Origin: a virus
IMG/VR virus record: IMGVR_UViG_3300005663_000045
Location: 4,632 to 68,631 of that record
DNA length: 64,000 nt
Strand: one strand, 5' to 3'
Shown here one piece after another: positions 19,501 through 25,083 of the stretch. The notes under the pieces were generated by a model. The model made no database searches, was not told the DNA's origin, and saw nothing but the letters and a program-made list of their open reading frames with translations. Every line of letters begins with the position of its first letter. Within the stretch, counting starts at the first letter, position 1. The translations under genes and the position numbers were made by a program.

Positions 19501-19815
19501 CCTAACATTTTAGCCCAAGCCGCTTCAGATACGGTTTCGTCAATTGCCTCGCTTTCTATCGCAACCGAAAAATACATCAAAGCGGATACGCGCAAAGGTC
19601 AAGACGCGGCCTTTCGGGGTTTTATCAGGGCAGCCGAAAAGGGAACTAGGGCGGCAACGGTTTTGGGTGGGATTCCGGCAGGTGGGGTCCTTCAACTCGA
19701 ACGCATGGCCCGGCGAGCGAAAGCGAGAAAACCCAAAGGTGGCGTTGCTCCCCCAACACGCGCTACACGGCGAACTCGCCCGAGCCGGGGAAGACCACGA
19801 AGGACCAGAAGATGA
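13534..19815 (+). CDS. Giant internal virion/ejection (polyvalent-type) protein, ~2093 aa
   Basis: LPPGFTLD N-terminal motif, Ala/Gly-rich EEGLEEVAQ region, Pro/Ala linker, modular middle, helical C-terminus; precedes lysis genes as in podoviruses. Confidence 0.7.
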   Translation: MTRAITKLDELPELPPGFTLDEPMPPLPEGFTLDTQPALAQRMAQNLGITPGEKPTFPQPTTPQTLGQATGGALVHGAAGTAAGLLRTGEREERAQIKVRLARGIRVANWLHGKSPEETEQQIQEAHAQLDRPTILSQTAGQIEQWRDEHPEWAPEQVDNALQLITNPKALAGNLSAMIPYMAATTAAFLTAGPAAAGLVAYGVESDSAYQEAIAGGATEEQAQTAARITGTINAVIELAQVGRWLKFGKRGGRALFAREITRRAKAKMLTGMAAKLAIEEGLEEVAQGTTEDLVALGVYDRPVQDFWKNRSVELVLGSVGGLFMGGASLAAQAAIAQTREVVPTVEPTPIAPTPEPIPVEPPPAQPAAPAPPVQPAPSEAVAPTKPAPAAPSVQSVRSVQKAKPTGDISAERAQKPEAAVTPTPEVPPAVPEKPVAPKKAPVKEAAKPPTEAPVVEGKQPWEMTDSEIKARRDEGYASFLDFAKDGKDILRDHKKYGRIGVERKWAVESAVRKGKPVPAKVLKEYAGEKWADEALANLGGKPTGLSPIGKAQRRGLPQEAPVVEGKVLAIPSVLQKVSKGRVAKAFIKAVDDMSAAARASGTSKGVAKADLDFMQEAIEKMRAVALGRLNLPPGEKTADVNRFFNTLHARLLERMPSRKTKAGPVLIIDEDRGSLISERVSDVLDTFDQAIRESAPLTFPNVRAVTEDIATEEEDISRIVVQFEGKLAFSDFVALVEQHFPNARGLSTGNLVGNRRPIKFKSETAKPGGATFQLSGVSPDEFLAIARKPIPSLPEAPVVEGKVDTALTRKREQLAAAIEKIEKLQEGYRKTDDPGTAVTGRSGISRVRTKRIAQQRDRTIDLAVRSVKLREDLERVEAQIKAQRGAPKREAAERGATDRLTEQFDTIEVGDLIDVGGNTPLRVIKKNRKTVITDGGSKWGPREIVGVTKKEVPVAEPKPVPPKRTIVPKKRTLKEAVAEKKAAKKPNILQLRKQAKERGVDVSDIKGPGAAVRIQERVAKPPVERITDADHKKALKTLEDTRLLGGTPLSAEQKKAAGVVGLYHYEQGLRKFGEWKAAIKKDVGEEVTLHLPTIWKHIKPGRVRLAAIEKAAKQAARIPPSKIKRGVREIIKPAEEEVRMTPRQLLVFALKHEAKAARKGFRAGQLDMAAQGADVAKFATEHLPVSERGKVLKTIAKARTPAEWRAVVRAVNRIIENYDRAEAFREFKEAQSKIDRRHMEPVTKAKVDALLDSFAVSQPAERTLRRARSLIDAYGRDELGEIPQQLVGRAESALERAGKVPLRKLTPDAIREVATAINTLVHLNATKNRMRFSKKYKDANKAVAEASQNVLDRHHPKHQTEIGKFEEKRLQRWVVQAATWHQLSPDTKSFILGGEDSAVYDLLFEGPREGQEIALGLTQQMKDYSDEAYSKAGITSGDIDKMSAEVGGKDFDIVKVTLPTATSETGARVESIEMTKGERARFLWTVKDPQNRAELLRDKQKGITFRRTPGQNPVKLRAKDIVAIENSATKEERAVVDIAHDIVNKDELLRGPLNEAWRSEFGFDIAQRDNYSPRRRDPEFRKAKADPNKIMQEWFNRQLEQQGIFKTRAVSNDPFIIGDIFVDLPAHIARVASFVGKGGPTHDAARLLQDQGFRKAVRSTFKHGDALLLDIEKTLKDYRGLNASEVGIVARIVKGAIRRSHIGALGLKLQIVLYQTVSYLNATNEIDARILFSPKTTKLAFSKGFMPKMREVSPTLRARHEASAHEILTPGASGSMASQFWGITEEGVLGRAGMKPIHAADSLVMRVISAGAYREGEAKGLSGDALWEHAAKRARQIIDRTQPTWGLLTTSSIHREARHNVFVKLAATMFSSQRNKNLNMAARATSEYRHSKKTAVDQAKAARKILVPTLVNAVMIAAIAKGYSWLTGKLFAKLFGTEEDEKGWGNYALLVSQRLFGSWLAFGDIASEIVRAAVAGLLDIPEIFIEHRPNILAQAASDTVSSIASLSIATEKYIKADTRKGQDAAFRGFIRAAEKGTRAATVLGGIPAGGVLQLERMARRAKARKPKGGVAPPTRATRRTRPSRGRPRRTRR
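14886..15941 (+). repeat. Three identical 24-bp in-frame repeats AGAAGCCCCTGTAGTAGAGGGGAA (EAPVVEGK)
   Basis: Copies at 14886-14909, 15210-15233, 15918-15941; internal CCCCT/AGGGG palindrome. Confidence 0.9.
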
Positions 19816-20102
19816 CGAACCGTAACGGAATCATAATGAAAGTCATTGGAAGTATCGTTGGGACCGTAGCTGTAACGATTCTGATAGGGCTCTTCATAGC
19901 TTACGGGGACGCCCGGGCGGAGGCCAAAACGGTAGAGCAGCACGAAAGCCGACTAACGAAGGTAGAGTCGGGCATCGAGAAAATCAAAGAGGATATTGGC
20001 AAGATCAAGGTAAGTATCAAGGGGATCGAAAAAGACTCAGAGAAGAACACTGAGCGGTTTGTCGAGATACAGCGGCGTTTAACGAGCATGGAAAACAAAT
20101 AG
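19812..20102 (+). CDS. Holin-like membrane protein (one TM plus coiled coil)
   Basis: IIMKVIGSIVGTVAVTILIGLFIAY TM, charged coiled coil, position after virion genes. Confidence 0.5.
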   Translation: MTNRNGIIMKVIGSIVGTVAVTILIGLFIAYGDARAEAKTVEQHESRLTKVESGIEKIKEDIGKIKVSIKGIEKDSEKNTERFVEIQRRLTSMENK

Positions 20103-20112
20103 GAGACGTCAC

Positions 20113-20661
20113 ATGTGTAAGACCTTGGGTTGTTTGATTCTTTTGTTACTGGTTGGCTGTGCGAACTTCGGCGACATCACGAAGGATTTCAAGGCCGCCA
20201 ACCCCGAACTGTCTACCATCATGGTCGACGAGGACAACGATGGGCTGGCGGATACGGCCATAGTTACGAAAAACGGGCAGATGCTCATCGACCCTGAGAC
20301 GGGCGCGCCGATGGAAATTCCCGAAGTGAGAGCAGCTCTTGATGCGGCGAAGGCTACGGATAATATCGTTGGCCTTGAAATCGAATCATGGGCGTCGCTC
20401 TTGGTGTTGCTCGGCGTACCAGGCGCAGGGATCGGTACCCTTATCGGTAGGAAGTGGGGCAAGATAAAGCCGACACAGCGGGCGACCCTCTTGTGGAGTA
20501 GTCTGAAGGAATTCATCGGCTCGATCGAGATAGCGCGCAACGGAGGTACCGTTGAACAGAAAGCCGAGATGACAGAGAAATTTGGCGCAATCTCCAAACA
20601 GGCCCGGGATCTCTTGGTTGATCTGAAGGGCGAATTGAAGAAAGAAGAGCAGGCTGGATGA
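20113..20661 (+). CDS. Lipoprotein with internal hydrophobic segment, possible spanin-like lysis protein
   Basis: Lipobox LLLLVGC; WASLLVLLGVPGAGIGTLIG; AGGAG RBS. Confidence 0.5.
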   Translation: MCKTLGCLILLLLVGCANFGDITKDFKAANPELSTIMVDEDNDGLADTAIVTKNGQMLIDPETGAPMEIPEVRAALDAAKATDNIVGLEIESWASLLVLLGVPGAGIGTLIGRKWGKIKPTQRATLLWSSLKEFIGSIEIARNGGTVEQKAEMTEKFGAISKQARDLLVDLKGELKKEEQAG

Positions 20662-20930
20662 GGTGGTTCCTCTTAATCCTGATTCTCCTGACCGGCTGCG
20701 CCAATGGCAAGACGACCTTTCTAGGTGATGGGCCCTTGCGCCTGGAACTAGGGTCGTATCTACCCGACGAGCACAAGGACATTCTCTTAATCGAGGACAC
20801 CGAGAAACGCCTTGAGATGTACAATCTGCACGCGGTCCATTTGGGGTATCCCGTATTCGTCCTGAGCCCGCTCACTATGGAATTCCTCCTGAAGCAAGCG
20901 GAGAAGGCGAGACGGAACAGCGACTTCTAG
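20658..20930 (+). CDS. Small lipoprotein, possible o-spanin
   Basis: Lipobox LILLTGC, coupled to upstream gene. Confidence 0.5.
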   Translation: MRWFLLILILLTGCANGKTTFLGDGPLRLELGSYLPDEHKDILLIEDTEKRLEMYNLHAVHLGYPVFVLSPLTMEFLLKQAEKARRNSDF

Positions 20931-20983
20931 CCCACCCTGAAATTTCATGTTAATCGTTACGAACGGTTAACAACGAAAGAAGC

Positions 20984-21072
20984 GGTAGGTAAAAGGAAGG
21001 GCGCGACGTGCCGTTAGCATCGCGTCCCTTCCGCGTTCTGTGTTCAGGGGATTTACTCCCCTCGTACCTACC
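20984..21072 (-). ncRNA. ~90-nt structured sRNA with its own promoter
   Basis: Starts GGTAGGTA about 6 nt after the -10; ends pair (GGTAGGTA/TACCTACC); two internal hairpins; CCCTTCC followed by a T-run. Confidence 0.6.
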
Positions 21073-21078
21073 ATGATA

Positions 21079-21107
21079 ATTATCGGCGATAGTATTCGAT
21101 TAGGCAA
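21079..21107 (-). promoter_or_regulatory. Promoter for the sRNA
   Basis: TTGCCT-17-GATAAT with upstream T-tract. Confidence 0.6.
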
Positions 21108-21118
21108 GGGAAAAAAGG

Positions 21119-21191
21119 TGCCCCGGCGAGGACTCGAACCCCGAACACGAACTTAGTAGGTACGCGTGATTTCCAATTTCACTACCGGGGC
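21119..21191 (-). tRNA. tRNA with anticodon ACT on a short-variable-loop, Arg(ACG)-like body; no encoded CCA
   Basis: GCCCCGG/CCGGGGC acceptor, GTGA/TCAC D-stem, CGTAC-CTACTAA-GTTCG anticodon arm with one mismatch, CGGGG-TTCGAGT-CCTCG T-arm. Confidence 0.75.
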
Positions 21192-21223
21192 ATATCATCC
21201 AAACTAGGGCCACAGTCTACCAC

Positions 21224-21249
21224 AGCCCCCGCTCAGGCGGGGGTTTTTT
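21224..21249 (+). terminator. Rho-independent terminator ending the late operon
   Basis: CCCCCGC-TCAG-GCGGGGG followed by TTTTTT. Confidence 0.8.
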
Positions 21250-21360
21250 ATGCGCTTTTTGTCACAGGCGTTGTCATAAACGATGCGCGGGCTAAGCCAA
21301 GTCGCTTTCGGGTGTTGCTTTGTTTTGAGGCCCCAAAATCCGATCACTTTTGACCGAATT

Positions 21361-22380
21361 TTAGATCGTTGCCAGGGCTTGCCTGCCCCCATGCTCTACT
21401 GTGAACTGGGCGTAGAACCGCTCTGTCGTCTGAATAGATGAGTGGCGGAGAATCCGCGAGACATCCTCTATCCTTCCCCCCTCCTGGAGAATGAGAGACG
21501 CGATCGTATGCCTGAATATGTGCGTGAGGATCCCCTTGCGGGCGAACTTCGGGAACTGCGGGGCGAGCTGCCTGAAATACTTGTTCCAGTTTCCGCGGGC
21601 GCGCGGGCGGAACACGAACTCATCATCTTCTTTGGGTAGCCCTTTGAGTACTCCAACGAGTTCTGGGTGCATGGGGATAGATTTGTAGCCTCCCTTCACC
21701 TTGGTGGCGCGGACACGAATGGTCGGCTGGTTGCCAAAGCGAAGGTCGCTCCAGCGAAGCCGTTCTAGTTCTCCGAGGCGCAATCCTGTATAGCTGAGGA
21801 CAAGTACCGGGCACAAGTTTCCTTTTCTCGCAAAATTTCTTACCTCCTCCAACTCTTTGCGTGTCAGGTGGATGATCTCCTTGTCCTCGATTTTGGGCCG
21901 CTCGGTTTCCAGAATCGGGTTACTGGACACTTGGTGTGATCGTACAAGCCAGGAGAAAAATCTTCCCAGGTGAGCGTGTTCGGTAACGGCGGCCGCTGGT
22001 GAGAGGCCGGAATCCAAGCGGTGATTCAGGTAAACTTCTATCTTCGCGGCGGTTATTTCGTCAGGCGTCTTGATGTCGTGCATCTTCACAAACGCACGAA
22101 TCGTGGTTAATTTGAAGGCGAGATAGTTCGGTTGGTTTCGGTGTTTCTCATGGGCCCCAAACTGCTCTAACAAGCGATCTATTGGCTCGTTCGAGCCGTT
22201 GCCGTAGACTGCCTCAAGGATTTGTTGCGCCCGATATCCCGCCTCTGTTTTGGTGCCGCAGTGGAGGCTGATCCGCTGCTGTCTTTTGCTCGGGGTCGGG
22301 TGGGAATACCAAAAGATGTCACCCCTTTTGTAGATGGTTCCCTTCTTGACCCACCGCCTGTACCACGCCGTCTTATTCAT
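21361..22380 (-). CDS. int: Tyrosine recombinase/integrase
   Basis: TGLRLGEL (R), K, HIFRH, LRHS...TTERFY catalytic residues; N-terminal arm-binding-like segment; GGAGG RBS. Confidence 0.92.
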   Translation of the reverse strand: MNKTAWYRRWVKKGTIYKRGDIFWYSHPTPSKRQQRISLHCGTKTEAGYRAQQILEAVYGNGSNEPIDRLLEQFGAHEKHRNQPNYLAFKLTTIRAFVKMHDIKTPDEITAAKIEVYLNHRLDSGLSPAAAVTEHAHLGRFFSWLVRSHQVSSNPILETERPKIEDKEIIHLTRKELEEVRNFARKGNLCPVLVLSYTGLRLGELERLRWSDLRFGNQPTIRVRATKVKGGYKSIPMHPELVGVLKGLPKEDDEFVFRPRARGNWNKYFRQLAPQFPKFARKGILTHIFRHTIASLILQEGGRIEDVSRILRHSSIQTTERFYAQFTVEHGGRQALATI

Positions 22381-22399
22381 GGCGACCTCCGAAAACTAT

Positions 22400-22650
22400 A
22401 AGACCGTTGGCACAACGTTTTGCACATTTTAGCATAAACTCCAGCAAAATCAACAAAAGACAGTTTCTCGAACAATGAAAGGCTAGCTAAGTCGTTATGT
22501 CCCGTGAGTGGTGAACTTGCGGGATTTTGTTTGCGCAAGTGGCTGTTAAGGCAAAGAATTAGAACCGCCCATCGGTTCGTGTTGGTTCGTGTTGCGCCGG
22601 ATATCCTGCGCGCAGACTGTCGCTTTGTTACAGTGATTTGGCACAATTAT
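22400..22650. other. Candidate attP region
   Basis: Noncoding gap next to the integrase with repeated TTGGCACAA/TTGCACAT arm-like motifs at ~22408-22430 and ~22638-22646. Confidence 0.35.
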
Positions 22651-22970
22651 GGGGTCTCGCCCTTGTTCGCTTGGCAGATTTTCTTGGTGCAGGCAAGCCC
22701 TCCCGCCAAGAGAAAAACAACCGCCCATTGAAGCAACAGCCGTGTTGTGTCAATTCTCAACGACGTCCTATTCCGCAATCTGTATTGGTATGAATGTCCC
22801 CCGCCTCGGTGATCCCAGCCCCATCCCAGCGGCCCAATCCACAACCAGCCGTACCCGACAGAGTGTCCTGTTTGCCGCTTCCACGGTGGGTAGATAAGCG
22901 TCCCGAGTAACACGCCGATCACGACCCAAACAAAGGCAATCTTCCAGAAACTAGAACTTCTTTGGCCCAT
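22647..22970 (-). CDS. Small two-TM membrane protein in the immunity region (possible superinfection exclusion)
   Basis: Two hydrophobic segments flanking YPPW...GYGWLW; GGGAG RBS. Confidence 0.6.
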   Translation of the reverse strand: MGQRSSSFWKIAFVWVVIGVLLGTLIYPPWKRQTGHSVGYGWLWIGPLGWGWDHRGGGHSYQYRLRNRTSLRIDTTRLLLQWAVVFLLAGGLACTKKICQANKGETP

Positions 22971-23041
22971 AACCCTGCTCCCGTCTTAGATGAACACCTG
23001 ATATAAGAACTGATTATCTCGGGGATTATCGTAGATAATGC

Positions 23042-23069
23042 TTGACTTGGGCATCTGCCCCGGTACAAT
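23042..23069 (+). promoter_or_regulatory. Plus-strand promoter facing the repressor gene
   Basis: TTGACT-16-TACAAT; a second TTGACA at ~23143. Confidence 0.5.
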
Positions 23070-23315
23070 AAAGATACAGCAGCCGCACTGAGAGGTGCTG
23101 ATTCTTTCGACAGCGATCTGAGAATTCTTTTTTTGCATAGCCCTTGACAGTATACCTAACAGCAGCCTAATATACAGCTAGGGAGGATCGACCGATGCGA
23201 GCTGGTGTGAGTGCGCGAGCAAGCGGGCCAGGAACTCGGTACCTGGTAAAAGCATTTCGCAAGCAAATCAACCTCCTGTCCCCAGGGGGCCGAGAGAGGT
23301 ATCTGGCCTTTCTTC

Positions 23316-23684
23316 TTACTCAATTCGATGACGCTGCCGTTCCTGTTCAACAAGTTCAGCCAACTTTGCGATCTCCCGAAGCCGTAGATGGTCAGGGAGC
23401 TGCCGCAGATACTCAGTTCCCTTTGCGGTAATAGCCTCTTCCGCAGGCAGGAATATTTCTGTGGTCATTAATTCGGTGTCTGGGATTTCCAGTACCTCCG
23501 CCAATCTGAAAATGCGTGAACCTCGGGGGATTCGTTCCCCACGCTCGTAGCGCGATATTTGAGTGTGCTGATCAGTCCTGAGACCGATAGCAACAGCGAT
23601 TTCTTGCTGCGTCATGCCACGGCGGTTTCGCCATTCTTTCAGTTTCGCTGGATCAAATACGCTCATGCCTTGCATTGTATCCAA
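23316..23684 (-). CDS. XRE/Cro-CI family HTH repressor
   Basis: LKEWRNRRGMTQQEIA...QISRYERGERIP...RLAEVLEI; divergent from the early operon. Confidence 0.88.
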   Translation of the reverse strand: MDTMQGMSVFDPAKLKEWRNRRGMTQQEIAVAIGLRTDQHTQISRYERGERIPRGSRIFRLAEVLEIPDTELMTTEIFLPAEEAITAKGTEYLRQLPDHLRLREIAKLAELVEQERQRHRIE

Positions 23685-23785
23685 TTTAGCCTCGCGTAAA
23701 CTTTTTTTATCCCCCTAAGTCCAATTTCTTGCTCGGATTAGGCCAGTAAAGTCCACGGTGCGGCCTAGAAACGATACAAAAAGAC

Positions 23786-23814
23786 TTGATATCTGGTCTA
23801 GTCCTGCCGATAAT
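23786..23814 (+). promoter_or_regulatory. Early lytic promoter (PR-like)
   Basis: TTGATA-17-GATAAT, divergent from the repressor, followed by AAGGAG and ATG 23840. Confidence 0.7.
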
Positions 23815-23920
23815 GTCTCATGTAAGGAGCTAACAAGCAATGACTGGCACGCTAGCCAAATCAGTTCTCTGTAGAAGCGAAAGCCGGGACGAACCTGCGG
23901 GCCGGGCCGGTTTCTACTAT

Positions 23921-23977
23921 GGAGGGTCCGAAGGCGAGGCTAGCGTGCCGATAGCTGACGGGCCCTCCTTCTTTTTT
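23921..23977 (+). terminator. Leader terminator/attenuator of the early operon
   Basis: GGAGGGTCCG/CGGGCCCTCC stem followed by TTCTTTTTT; loop region complementary to 23846-23857. Confidence 0.7.
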
Positions 23978-24113
23978 GATGGGTCGAGCATGGACGGGAC
24001 GAGAACGCAAGGATGCGTGGGGGCGGTCAATAATCACTCCTATCCTCTCTTTGGCCGCCTTGCCGGAACAACCCCTCCTCCATTAACGACAAGATATTCT
24101 AGCAGGGGAGCGA

Positions 24114-24314
24114 ATGATGTCCAAGGAAAAACCAAAGGAAAAGATGCTGATGAACCAGAAGGAGGCCGTCGCCTTCTTGGGCATAGGGCGGACGGAGTTT
24201 TGGGAGGGCATCTATCCAATATTCAGGGACAAGAAACTGTGGCCGCCCATGTTCAAGCGGAAATACTATCCTCGCGATGTTCTCTTGGAGGTCATTCGCG
24301 GGGAGTGGAACTGA
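24114..24314 (+). CDS. Excisionase/AlpA-like HTH protein
   Basis: LMNQKEAVAFLGIGRTEFW motif; GGGGAG RBS. Confidence 0.7.
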   Translation: MMSKEKPKEKMLMNQKEAVAFLGIGRTEFWEGIYPIFRDKKLWPPMFKRKYYPRDVLLEVIRGEWN

Positions 24315-24389
24315 CGAGACTCCTATCTGTAGATGCAACGGTGAAGGGTGCGCCCCTGCTTTGTGGCGGGGGCGCATTGTTTTTCTCTG

Positions 24390-24722
24390 ATGGGCGAAAC
24401 GATGGAACGAAACGCACGGACGCGGAAGTCCATTCGGGAATACTTGAAGATCGAGACTGCTCCTTTTTGTTCGGCTTGCGGGCGAGAAGTGGAAGCCTGT
24501 TCCCGGAGCAGCAAGGCCGTCGTCTGCTTTCGGTGCACGGCGATTGCAGTCTCCACCCCGAGGAAGCCGGTCACCAATACCCGGAAGTGTCCCGACTGCG
24601 AAGGCCCCCTCGGTCCTCGATGCCGGTTTTGCCCGGAATGCGCTACAAAACGCCGCCGAACTGCCCAAAGAAGGGCGACACAAAGAAATCGAACTACGCT
24701 TTCTGGTGCTGTCAACAGTTAA
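24390..24722 (+). CDS. Zn-finger protein (four CxxC)
   Basis: CSAC, CFRC, CPDC, CPEC; start codon uncertain. Confidence 0.55.
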   Translation: MGETMERNARTRKSIREYLKIETAPFCSACGREVEACSRSSKAVVCFRCTAIAVSTPRKPVTNTRKCPDCEGPLGPRCRFCPECATKRRRTAQRRATQRNRTTLSGAVNS

Positions 24723-24820
24723 GCGGTTTTGACATGCAGCAAACCCCTATAAACAGGCTTGCCTATCTTAACACAAACACAAGGCCGACCCGTAGGGCCT
24801 CGGCGCAGTTAACTGTTGAC
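24711..24820. repeat. 110-bp element with 12-bp terminal inverted repeats, copy 1
   Basis: GTCAACAGTTAA...TTAACTGTTGAC; homologous to 52744-52851. Confidence 0.85.
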
Positions 24821-24876
24821 AAGGCGATCCTGGGGCATCCTGGCGCGTTTGTCAACCAACGAGAGGCGAGGATCTG

Positions 24877-25083
24877 ATGCTAACTAGACAAGAGTACAAA
24901 ATTCTCCGGCTCGTCCTTTTTGGGTACGAACAACAGGAAGTCGCTAAGCGCCTAAGTCTCAACACGGCCACTGTAAGCCGGAGTCTTGATTCGGTGGAGA
25001 GGAAGAATCCGCTCTTGGGGTGTGCTTTAGGGGTAATCAAGAAAGTACACCATCAACAACAATTAGCGGAGGCCGTCGCATGA
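24877..25083 (+). CDS. LuxR/sigma70-region-4-type HTH protein
   Basis: LTRQEYKILRL...GYEQQEVAKRLSLNTATVSR. Confidence 0.7.
   Translation: MLTRQEYKILRLVLFGYEQQEVAKRLSLNTATVSRSLDSVERKNPLLGCALGVIKKVHHQQQLAEAVA

Noticed and set aside
23700-23805. Repressor operator array (AGTCCA-like half sites)
   Set aside because: Matches too short and irregular to define an operator
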